A DNA stretch of 62,787 bases, counting the filler. It is 8 parts of 8 records of this genome, joined end to end, with 100 filler letters (N's around TTAATTAATTAA, not from the genome) between each part and the next. Parts side by side here need not be neighbours in the genome. Positions count along the whole stretch, not along the records: positions 1 to 8,642 come from SRR31147125_14621; positions 8,743 to 15,322 come from SRR31147125_14645; 6 more parts are not named here. One strand, given 5' to 3'. Below the pieces are notes generated by a model. The model saw only the letters and a list, made by a program, of their open reading frames with translations. It had not been told where the DNA came from and did no database searches. Within the stretch, counting starts at the first letter, position 1, and the number at the start of each line of letters is the position of its first letter. The position numbers and the translations under genes were made by a program. Positions 1 through 9,348 of this stretch are shown here, one piece after another.

Positions 1-25
1 TTCAAAGGTTATTTTTCAAGGAACC

Positions 26-607
26 CTATACTTTCGCACTTCTCGCCTCACTACAACTCTGCCTAAGTTCGCGTCTTTTAACCGATACAGCAGGATTCCC
101 AACATAGATCATATCAGACTCCGTATCTTTGGAAGTAACACTACCAGCGGAAATAATAGAATTCTTTTTAACCGTAACTCCTGGAAGAACCATTGCGTGT
201 GCTCCAACCCAAGCACCGTCTTCAAGTGTAATAGGCATGACTATCAATTTAAAAACAGGATCAGACCAATCATGATTTCCAGTGCACAAATAGGCACCTT
301 GCGAAACACAACAATCATTACCAATTTTTATTTTTTCTAACGAATCTAGCCAAACTTTTTCACCGATCCAGGAGTAACTACCGATTTCAAGTTTCCAAGG
401 GTATTTAATATTAATAGAAGGCTTGAGAACAACTCCATCTCCAATTTTTGCTCCAAATAATTTGATGATATATATTTTCAGAGCAGAGGATGCATTTAGT
501 GGATTCTGCAATAATAAAACATTAATAAAATACCATAAGATTCGGACAACAAAACCACGGCCAGGATCGTACAAAGAGTTATCGAATTTCGAAAGGTCAA
601 CTTTCAT
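26..607 (-). CDS. wcaF: WcaF-family polysaccharide O-acetyltransferase (hexapeptide repeat)
   Basis: VDLSKFDNS N-terminus, GAKIGDGVVLKPSINIKYPWKLEIG and SQGAYLCTGNHD left-handed beta-helix motifs; last gene of a glycan operon. Confidence 0.88.
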   Translation of the reverse strand: MKVDLSKFDNSLYDPGRGFVVRILWYFINVLLLQNPLNASSALKIYIIKLFGAKIGDGVVLKPSINIKYPWKLEIGSYSWIGEKVWLDSLEKIKIGNDCCVSQGAYLCTGNHDWSDPVFKLIVMPITLEDGAWVGAHAMVLPGVTVKKNSIISAGSVTSKDTESDMIYVGNPAVSVKRRELRQSCSEARSAKV

Positions 608-650
608 AAGTTATCAATGTCCAATAATTTATAGAAAATATCATGTAAAC

Positions 651-2012
651 CTAAATCATAGAATTTCCGTACCCGACAGGAGTTTCTATCTTTCTCCCCA
701 TTATAATATTTTGGTACTTTCGATATCTCTGAAAGGCGACTCCACCAGCTGCGACAAAAACAGTCAACTGAAGATTTTGAATCGTCAAACTTTGAATAGT
801 CAAAAATATCAAAATAGCCCAAAATGTAAATGCAAACATATTTCGTTTACCTAATTTGAAAATCAAAATAATTAATGCACCATAGAAAATAAATATCCCT
901 ACCAATCCGAAATCAAAAAGTATTTCATAGTACTGAGAATTCAATGGTGATATATTATCGTTCTCAAAACCCGCACCTAATCCATATGATTCATATAAAA
1001 CTTTATTGTATCTTCCGATTCCAACTCCGATTAGATACACATCAGGATTCCTGTCCAAGTAGTCATTCGCAAAAAACTCTTGTCTATAAACTTTTTGAGT
1101 ATCAAGCCCTCGTTCTATTTCTATTATACGTGCTCCAATGAAATTTGAAAGGCTATCACCATACTGAATAAAAGGTTTTGGATAGAAAAAATAGGTTAAC
1201 AACAAAATGATCAAAATGGTGACTAGGGGACGAGTTAAGCGTGTAGAAAATAACAGTATCAACAAAGTGGCAATCCCTACAGTGGATAGATACGATCCAG
1301 AGAACGTCAAAATCGAGACAGAGAAACAGATGATAGACAACAACCAAAGGAGTACGCTCTGCCAGATTTTTTTCACCACTTTAGCAAAATAAACACACGC
1401 TATCATAGATGAAAATAGGATATATCCTAGACGTTTTGGTTCATCAGCAAGACCATTAATCCTTAAAGTTCCAGAAACATATCTAGCCACACCTTGACCG
1501 AGATTATCATAGACGATACCCCGGAAAGGCAGCCCAACAAAGGAAGCGAACAATTGATAAAGCCCATAACAGCTATGTACTGCACCTGCTAGGACTAAAC
1601 CCCACAATAAAACTTTCAAATCACTTTCGTCTTCTGTCACACGTATAACAAAAATAAAAATGAACACAAGATTAAGATAATGTAACGAGCGAAAAATTGG
1701 TCTAATTCCGGAATCATTGATCAATAACGAATAGATAAGTGATAAAGAGACAACTAAAATAGATAATAGAATCAACAAATTCTCTGCTCTTTTTGTTAAC
1801 AAAGGCCACTTAAAAATCAGCCAAAAACCTAGAATTAATGGAACAATTCTGGATGGTGTTAATTGCGTACCTAAAGGTATAAAAAAATCGATAGTCAAAA
1901 AAAGAGGAAGCCACAGAAGAAGTCGGCGTGGATGTCTTCTTAAACTGATTATGGTGAACACTGAAATAAGAATAACTACAAAATAATCTATTATACCAAA
2001 ACCAGTCACCAT
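651..2012 (-). CDS. O-antigen/EPS polymerase or ligase-like polytopic membrane protein (Wzy-like)
   Basis: About 10-12 hydrophobic segments, RINGLADEP loop and GVGIG motif, located among glycosyltransferases; start moved to ATG 2012, which has GGAG upstream and removes the overlap with the upstream gene. Confidence 0.75.
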   Translation of the reverse strand: MVTGFGIIDYFVVILISVFTIISLRRHPRRLLLWLPLFLTIDFFIPLGTQLTPSRIVPLILGFWLIFKWPLLTKRAENLLILLSILVVSLSLIYSLLINDSGIRPIFRSLHYLNLVFIFIFVIRVTEDESDLKVLLWGLVLAGAVHSCYGLYQLFASFVGLPFRGIVYDNLGQGVARYVSGTLRINGLADEPKRLGYILFSSMIACVYFAKVVKKIWQSVLLWLLSIICFSVSILTFSGSYLSTVGIATLLILLFSTRLTRPLVTILIILLLTYFFYPKPFIQYGDSLSNFIGARIIEIERGLDTQKVYRQEFFANDYLDRNPDVYLIGVGIGRYNKVLYESYGLGAGFENDNISPLNSQYYEILFDFGLVGIFIFYGALIILIFKLGKRNMFAFTFWAILIFLTIQSLTIQNLQLTVFVAAGGVAFQRYRKYQNIIMGRKIETPVGYGNSMI

Positions 2013-2032
2013 ATGTCCGCTCCGAATTCCTC

Positions 2033-3220
2033 TCAAGTCATGTACAATGAAATTAAAGCGTCTGCAGCTCGCGTCCAAGAAAAACGATCGCAAACGTCTT
2101 GGGCTCTATTGTGAGCATTCTCTGGCCACAAGTGATAATTTATATAATCTATAACCCCATGAGCTATATCATTTGCTTTACTGGGAAGCAGCAATCCTCC
2201 ACTAACGTCGCAAATTGCGGGTAAAGCTCCCGTAGGCGAGCCAATAACCGGAATGCCTGAAGCTGCAGCATCGAGTGCAGTAAGACAGAAACCTTCCTCA
2301 GTCGAAGGTTGTAAATATAGATGTGTATTGTCATAAAAACGAGCTAAATCTTGAGATGATACGGCTCCAAAAGTTTGTACATAGGTAGACAGGCCTAATC
2401 GGGATATCTTGTCCTCCACTGCTTCTCGATAGCCTTGAACACGGTTTGAAGGTCCAGCAATTGTCCAATTGAAGTCAATCCCTTTTTCACGCAGTATTAT
2501 TGATATATTTGGGATTAAATGTTGCCGTTTATGTGGTGCCCAACCGCCAGCAGTTAGTAGACGGATTTTGCAACCAGTCTTGGGGCACCGGGAAAAAGGT
2601 AACTTCACATGGTTTATCAATGAAGTTGTGACGCCGTGACCAATAACATAAATACGTTCATGGGACAATATTTGAGCCAATTCTGCTTTCACATAATCGC
2701 TCGGAGTTATGTAGGTCGAGAAAATATTTTGACGAAATCGTAATCGATTTTTAAATTTAACAATTTTTAATCTCAAATTTTCTTTTATTCTTTTTACAAT
2801 AGCATCTTCAGGCCAACTCAAACCACACTCCATAGGGGGAACATTGTGAACTGTCACTAACGATCGAACCCCAGTCATCTCTATAGCTTTAGTGTCCAAA
2901 ATCTCCATGAGAAACAAACCAAAGAGAACATGGATGGCATCGACCTTACTTTCTGAAATAATATGATTTATGTGATTTTGAGCTTCCTTGCAAAACCTAT
3001 AACGCTGTGATCTGCTTGGTTCACCAACATTAGGATACCCAGAGCCTAACCAGACAACACGATAAGAATATTCATCTGTTGAATCTACAGGTTTAGGACC
3101 TGGAACAATTAATGAAATATCAAGCCCTTTTTCGACCAGAGCAGAACAGGTTTCATGTACATAATTTACAGTTCCACCAACACGCGGGAAGAAATGTTCA
3201 CTTAAGCAAAGGATCTTCAT
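2033..3220 (-). CDS. Glycosyltransferase family 4 (GT-B)
   Basis: MKILCLSEHFFPRVGG N-terminus; C-terminal EEGFCLTALDAAASGIPVI motif. Confidence 0.88.
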   Translation of the reverse strand: MKILCLSEHFFPRVGGTVNYVHETCSALVEKGLDISLIVPGPKPVDSTDEYSYRVVWLGSGYPNVGEPSRSQRYRFCKEAQNHINHIISESKVDAIHVLFGLFLMEILDTKAIEMTGVRSLVTVHNVPPMECGLSWPEDAIVKRIKENLRLKIVKFKNRLRFRQNIFSTYITPSDYVKAELAQILSHERIYVIGHGVTTSLINHVKLPFSRCPKTGCKIRLLTAGGWAPHKRQHLIPNISIILREKGIDFNWTIAGPSNRVQGYREAVEDKISRLGLSTYVQTFGAVSSQDLARFYDNTHLYLQPSTEEGFCLTALDAAASGIPVIGSPTGALPAICDVSGGLLLPSKANDIAHGVIDYINYHLWPENAHNRAQDVCDRFSWTRAADALISLYMT

Positions 3221-4221
3221 ATTCTCTTCCCTGTCACAAAATAGCGTGTTGTCCTGTAAACTAATAAGGCTCTTGTCGTTAATTCAACTCCGAAGAAAAG
3301 ACGGAACAATCGTTCTAGAAAAGAACCACTACGCGGATATCCAGGAAGAAGCATTTCGGCCAGGGACAATAGATCCCGACAAAAGTCTTTATGTCCTGTC
3401 CAATTTGCCAAGGCTATTTTATCAAGCTTTTTGCACATAGCCCGTTTTATGTCTAGAGGGAGAGTGCCTCCTTTCCGTTGATAAGATTCAATCAACTTCA
3501 CACAAACACGTTTTCGAGCCTCTAACTTTTCTCGTGAATCATTACAAGAAACACGGTTCTCTTGATCATGATGTCTATAGAGATAATTAACTGTAGGAAC
3601 AGGGGTAAAATAATATCCTTCCAATAAAATTCTAAAAAGAAGATCGCCATCCTCATCCGTAACAAGAGAGCTATCGTAAGGCCCGAGTTCCGATAATAAA
3701 TTACGTCTAAATAGAGCACCACAATGGCTCATAAAAGGCGAAACTAACATTTGTACTAGTTGTGTCTGAGGATCCAAGGCAATTTTGGGATAAGCTAAAT
3801 TAACGAAAGATGTACCGCGATCGGTAAAAATGTGCTGGGTCGGTGCAAAACAGATAGATTTGGGATCTAAGGAATTTCCAGAAGCACTCAGAAGAGCTTC
3901 AAGGTGAGCTGAATCAAGTGAGTCATCAGCATCTAAAAATTTAATGAACTTGCCCCTAGCGGTCTTTACCCCAATATTACGAGCTTCAGCTTGCCCACAA
4001 TTCTTCTCAAGTTGAATGAATTTTACACCGAAACTAGCTTGGCTTATAGCACATTCAAAAACACTAATGGCCTCTGGTTTTGAACCATCATCCACTAAAA
4101 CCCATTCGAAATTCTGAAAAGTCTGATTATTAAGTGATTTAACAACCCCAAATAGATCACATGGATTAAGTGCTGGTGTAATCACACTGATGAGAGGTTC
4201 AGTCGTGGGAATACTATTCAA
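3217..4221 (-). CDS. Glycosyltransferase family 2 (GT-A)
   Basis: ISVITPA, VLVDDGS, GQAEARNIG and FLDADD motifs. Confidence 0.9.
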   Translation of the reverse strand: MNSIPTTEPLISVITPALNPCDLFGVVKSLNNQTFQNFEWVLVDDGSKPEAISVFECAISQASFGVKFIQLEKNCGQAEARNIGVKTARGKFIKFLDADDSLDSAHLEALLSASGNSLDPKSICFAPTQHIFTDRGTSFVNLAYPKIALDPQTQLVQMLVSPFMSHCGALFRRNLLSELGPYDSSLVTDEDGDLLFRILLEGYYFTPVPTVNYLYRHHDQENRVSCNDSREKLEARKRVCVKLIESYQRKGGTLPLDIKRAMCKKLDKIALANWTGHKDFCRDLLSLAEMLLPGYPRSGSFLERLFRLFFGVELTTRALLVYRTTRYFVTGKRI

Positions 4222-5353
4222 TTTCCTTCCACATTATCGGTTTATCTTGAGCGAGTATATAGAAATATAGTTCTTTCATCTTCTCTCCGACATGTTCCCA
4301 ACTGTATTTTCTTTCTATAAGTTTTTGACCACGGGCACCCATTTCTACAAGCTTAGCTTTTTTTGTTCCTAATGCTTCCTGCAAGGCTATTTCGATTTCT
4401 TCCTTCGTTGGGTTCACCCACCACCCGCATGAATGTATTATCAACTCTGACCAAGGGGTGCCTTTCGTAGTCAGGACAGGTAAACCAAATGCTAAAGCTT
4501 CCGCGACAACCAACCCAAAATTCTCTGAGTGCGACGGAAGTACAAATAGATCAGCCTCTTTGAACAAAGTTTCTTTTTCAAATTCATATTTGGGCCCGAC
4601 TAATAAAATCTCATCCTGAAGATCATTTTGATTAATGCGGGCTCTTATTTCATCACTATGCCCCATTTCATCTGGGCCAGCGATAATTAGCCTCCATCCT
4701 TTCGGCCGAAGGACAGCCCATGAGTCTATAAGCATTGGAAGGCCTTTTTTGGGATGAACACGGCTAAGAAACAATGCTGTTCTTTTGGTCCCGGCTTTGC
4801 CACACGACTTATACTCACTATCTCCAATCCGTTTGAGGACGTCCATTCCGTTTGGAATTATAGAAACGGGTACTTTAAGATCTAGATCAGATATGCTTTT
4901 TGCCTCTTCTTTGGAAGTAGCGTGGATGTAGGTCGAACCAGAGAGATCTCGCCGTTGGTAAGCGAACCAGGCAGCTATCTTCTTATACCTTTTATAGCGC
5001 CTTGCCCAAGGTTCGAGCATGCCACGAACACTAACAATGCGTGGTGTATCCAAACGAAAACAGATTTTTGCAATGGTATGATTGTAAGGAAGCCATATTC
5101 CATTGTCATGAATTAAAGATGGACCAAATTTTTCAATGACATCGACAATATCGCCGTCGAAACATTTCACATCACCAATTAGTATACCAGGGTCCGCCAT
5201 TAGCGCCGATCCGTCAGGGGCCCACAAGCCTACATCTACTCCTTGCTGCGATATAGCGACACCGAGTCTGGAAACCGACAAAGCTGGCCCACCGTAATCC
5301 CTAGCAAAACTTGCTACAGTTAGAAGTACTTTGGGTTTTTCTCTCATAACCAT
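4214..5353 (-). CDS. Glycosyltransferase family 4
   Basis: YGGPA, FLSRVHPKKG and SHSENFGLVVAEALAFGLPV motifs. Confidence 0.9.
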   Translation of the reverse strand: MVMREKPKVLLTVASFARDYGGPALSVSRLGVAISQQGVDVGLWAPDGSALMADPGILIGDVKCFDGDIVDVIEKFGPSLIHDNGIWLPYNHTIAKICFRLDTPRIVSVRGMLEPWARRYKRYKKIAAWFAYQRRDLSGSTYIHATSKEEAKSISDLDLKVPVSIIPNGMDVLKRIGDSEYKSCGKAGTKRTALFLSRVHPKKGLPMLIDSWAVLRPKGWRLIIAGPDEMGHSDEIRARINQNDLQDEILLVGPKYEFEKETLFKEADLFVLPSHSENFGLVVAEALAFGLPVLTTKGTPWSELIIHSCGWWVNPTKEEIEIALQEALGTKKAKLVEMGARGQKLIERKYSWEHVGEKMKELYFYILAQDKPIMWKEIE

Positions 5354-5417
5354 CGCAAATAATCCAAATGCATTTACAATTGATTTAAAGTTGTAAACAG
5401 AATCTACCCGATAAATA

Positions 5418-6895
5418 TCAGCAACAAACCTTTTTCTGATTAGTACGAAAAACCAGTAGTGCAGCAGTTAAAGGTAGTAGGCCGAGTAGGCAAATGCGGA
5501 CAGCTAATTCAAGTCTACCAATGAATAAAAAGTCAATTCTTGACAGTGCATAAGAAATACAAATTGGTAACAAGGCATTAGGAAGAACATCTCTGCTTAT
5601 CCATTTCCAATGCATTCTAGGTGCAAATCGATTATGAACAACCCATGCCCAACATAATAAAAAAGTAAATTCTCTGTAAACCATATGCGTCCGGCACCAA
5701 CTGCACCATAGTGAATTGATGCCCATATCACACTTGGGATGAGAATTATAATGAAAACAACCATTCCAATTACATGCAATCTCAATTCTCCATAAGCAAC
5801 CTGCATATAATATTGAAAAGATGCCACACCAAGACAAGCATTACCTAATGCATACCAAAATAAAATTGGTGCACTTTGGCGTGCAATCTCGACATCTCCA
5901 GTCCAAGCATACATCAAAGGCTCAGCGAAAAATGCTGCCATACCAGCAGTTGGCCAAACAATAGCGGACACCATCTGAGTTCCCCGACAATAAAGACTGT
6001 TAAATCCTTCGATATCTTCTTTTATTGCAAAGTAGGTAAGTCTGGGGATAATTGCACTACTTATAGGACCTGCTAAAAGCATGACACCACGAGCTATCAT
6101 TATTGCCAAAGAAAAATGTCCGAAAACTACAAGGCTGAGAGTTTTTGAAAGAATTAATTTGTCAGTTTGAGTTACAAAAACCCACACAACAGAACTAAAA
6201 ACCATCGCACCAGAAAAGTGCCATATTTTTATCAGCGGACCTAAACTGATAATTGGGAACTTACGAACACCAGGCAATAACGATCCTGACTTCCACCAAA
6301 GTACTGCAAACTCAAATACCGCGGCAAGCATTTGGTATGTAAAAAAGGTAAGAGGATCAGATCCTATAAAAATAAAAAGTGGCAAGGCTCCGCCATACCT
6401 AACTGTGACTATAAACGTGGTATAGCCACAAAGCCAAACTTGCTTCTCAGCACCTGTGATAATCCCACGATAAAGGGCAGTTACCCAACGCAATGCAACC
6501 GTGACCCCCATTAACGTGATACAGTTAGCGACTAGGTCTACGGGCAGAGAATCAGTTGTTAGCCATCCACTTGCAATCCAATTTCTTGCCAAGAAAATGA
6601 GAAAGGAAAGCAAAATTGAAATAAATATGAAAAGTCCAGCTAGTGATCGTATAAGTTCATTTAAAGCATCTTCAGACTCACCGCCGGCCCTACAACTTGC
6701 AACCTGACGTGAGAGAGTTCCACCCAATCCCATGTCCATAAGTTGCATCCAACCTTGCATCATTACAAAAAAGCCAATTAAGCCATAGGCTTCCTCTCCC
6801 ATAAAATAGAGATAAATCGGAGCTATACAAATTCCAGCCAATACTGTATATATCTGGCCGGTATAATTAGCAATTATGTTCCGCTTGACAGCCAT
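5418..6895 (-). CDS. wzx: Wzx-type oligosaccharide flippase, apparent frameshift near 5660
   Basis: KRNIIANYTGQ, DMGLGGTLSR and TQTDKLILSKTL motifs; ORFs 5597-6895 and 5418-5837 join across the A run at ~5659-5665. Confidence 0.85.
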
Positions 6896-7107
6896 TCAAT
6901 ATTTTCTAATATAGCAAACAAAAATTAAAGCTTTTACACTGCTACAACTATTATACGGGACAAATTTATTCCCTTTTATATACACTCAACAATTTGCACA
7001 GCGAGAACCTGAGAATTTCTCTGCACGATAAGGACCCTTATCATACTCCATGTCATCCACCCTCATCAAATTCAGCGAACTATCAGTTAAACCTCACTGA
7101 GCACCTA

Positions 7108-7428
7108 TCACACATCTTCAACTTCCCTCCGCAGCTCTTCAATCTCCTTCTTAATCTCCTCAAACTCAGCCATCTTCCGTTTCAGAAAATTCACCGTAAT
7201 CCTAGACTTCGCCTCGATCCCCTTCGGAGTCAAAAGATACAGATACGCAGCCTTGTTATCAGACGAGGTAAACCGATCAACCTTAACAAACCCCTTCTTG
7301 ACCAGTTCTTTCAAACAATAGTTGAATTTCCCCAGACTGAGGCCCATCTCCCTGGCCATCTCCCGTTGGGTAAGGTTCGGATTGCTCTCCAGCAGTTTCA
7401 GGAGGTGATAGCTCGTTTCACTGTTCAT
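7108..7428 (-). CDS. EPS-associated MarR-family transcriptional regulator
   Basis: LLESNPNLTQREMAREMGLSLGKFNYCLKELVKKG and YLYLLTPKGIEAK signatures; sits at the head of the glycan cluster. Confidence 0.92.
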   Translation of the reverse strand: MNSETSYHLLKLLESNPNLTQREMAREMGLSLGKFNYCLKELVKKGFVKVDRFTSSDNKAAYLYLLTPKGIEAKSRITVNFLKRKMAEFEEIKKEIEELRREVEDV

Positions 7429-7465
7429 AACATGAACATTAAACGATGTTAGTTATTTATTGCAA
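7422..7465 (-). promoter_or_regulatory. Putative sigma70 promoter and palindromic operator overlapping the MarR start codon
   Basis: Perfect inverted repeat TGTTCAT-aac-ATGAACA (7422-7438); minus strand TTGCAA-16nt-TTTAAT ends 9 nt before the ATG. Confidence 0.5.
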
Positions 7466-7661
7466 TACATAAATGCAAAGTGGTAAAGAATGGAAACTGG
7501 CGATATGATCGTAATACAGGATAAGTCCCAACCTGAACCGGAGGCCATACTCCTATCACATGGATAAACCAAGGAAACTCAATAGTTGATTCCACTGGCA
7601 AAGTATATAACTAAATTGATATCGGCAATGGGGCCTCAGCACTCTATAGGGGATAACGGTT

Positions 7662-8642
7662 GTGCCTCCACACATTCTGACATACACGTTTTTGGCAGTT
7701 TTCTGTTTTCTCGAATCAGTATTAGCCACAAATCTGATTTCTGATCCAACTTTCAAGGAGGGGTGGATCTCCAGCGCCAGCGGAGATGTCCATGATACCC
7801 AGTTTAATTACGCGCCCTTCGGCGGTGCAGAAACAGCACTTGGAATCGAATCCGGAAGAGACCGGCAGGGCCGATGGACCACAACACTCGGACTATGCGA
7901 GCCCGGTGCACCGTATCGTTTCGAGGCCGACTTCTACCGGGAAAACCGATCTGACCCATTGGCTTACCCAGAAGTCCGCTTCTGGGGAGAAACGCATCGC
8001 CTGAATACGCATCGGATGTTCGGGAAATACCAGCGTCTGTTCGTTGAGACGGTCTGTCCCGAAAGTGCGGCTCAGAAAAAGGGGGAGTTTTCCTTTATCA
8101 ACAGCTATCCGGACAACATGTTCTGGATGAAAAATCCACGCCTGGTGAAAATAACTGACGCCCCGATACAAAAATACACCCCACCTCAGCAACAATTCTT
8201 CCCCATAGCCGCCTACGGTGCAAACGCCGCGAACCTCGCCACCATCAAACAGAGCGGACTCAACAGCGCAGTGCTCAGACTCTCCCGCGAAAATGTGGAA
8301 GCATGTCTCGACCTGGATCTGCACTGCACCGTATCAACGCCCCGCGATCCTCGAAAATTAACCGAAGTACTCGATGAGCTCGAACCATTGCTGCGTAAGG
8401 GAGAATTCGCGTTCTATGTCAACGACGAGCCGGGGATTCACTCATTTCCGAAGGAGAAGGCCGAAAACATCCAGCGCATCATCAAGGAGCGATTCCCAGA
8501 CAGCTTCACGAACATGGCGATCGTGCGCCCACAGGTGGTTCCCGAGTATGCGTACAGCGCCGACTATTTCATGCTGGATCAATACCCCATACCCACCATG
8601 CCTATGGTCTGGCTGTCCGAATCGATGGATGAGGCGGCCGCA
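7662..8642 (+). CDS. Secreted hypothetical protein, possible CBM-like domain plus glycoside-hydrolase-like barrel (3' truncated)
   Basis: Signal-peptide-like N-terminus followed by NLISDPTF; FYVNDEPG and DYFMLDQYP motifs; frame open to the contig end. Confidence 0.5.
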
Positions 8643-8742
8643 NNNNNNNNNNNNNNNNNNNNNNNNNNNNNNNNNNNNNNNNNNNNTTAATTAATTAANN
8701 NNNNNNNNNNNNNNNNNNNNNNNNNNNNNNNNNNNNNNNNNN
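8643..8742. other. Artificial contig spacer
   Basis: N44-TTAATTAATTAA-N44, with stops in all six frames. Confidence 0.98.
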
Positions 8743-9315
8743 AAAAACCTCATATTAGAGATGGCAAATGAAAAGATTAAGGAAAAAAATGAGCAGTTAA
8801 AAAATGCAATGAAAAAACTTGATTTCCTTGCTAAAACTGACCCTTTAACCAATACCTTTAATCGAAGATATATGTATGAGAAATTAAAAGCTCAAAAAGA
8901 ACTCTTTTCAGAAAATAAGAATCCATTTTCAATTATTATCGCTGATATTGATTTTTTCAAAGATTTTAATGACGTCTATGGACACCTTTGTGGTGATGTA
9001 ATTTTACAAGATTTAACTAGTTATATTCAATCTATCATTGCCGATAAAGGATATCTCTCAAGATGGGGTGGAGAAGAATTTTTGATACTTCTACCTCAAA
9101 CTGACTGTGTCAACTCATATAAAATTGCGGAAAATATTAGGAAACAAATAAGAAATAAGCCCTTTGAGTACAGGGATAATAAGCTCAAACTAACATTAAC
9201 TTTTGGTGTGACTACATTTGAGGAAGGGATGACTTTAGATGAGTTTATTAAATTAGCTGACGAAGCTATGTACGAAGGAAAAAGAAAAGGGAGAAACTGT
9301 GTCGTAGTAAAATAA
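8743..9315 (+). CDS. Diguanylate cyclase, GGDEF domain (5' truncated)
   Basis: TDPLTNTFNRR, DIDFFKDFNDVYGHLCGD and SRWGGEEF motifs; frame open from the contig edge; no RxxD I-site. Confidence 0.93.
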   Translation, partial: KNLILEMANEKIKEKNEQLKNAMKKLDFLAKTDPLTNTFNRRYMYEKLKAQKELFSENKNPFSIIIADIDFFKDFNDVYGHLCGDVILQDLTSYIQSIIADKGYLSRWGGEEFLILLPQTDCVNSYKIAENIRKQIRNKPFEYRDNKLKLTLTFGVTTFEEGMTLDEFIKLADEAMYEGKRKGRNCVVVK

Positions 9316-9348
9316 GATTATCAAATATGAGATACAAGGGAGGGTAAC

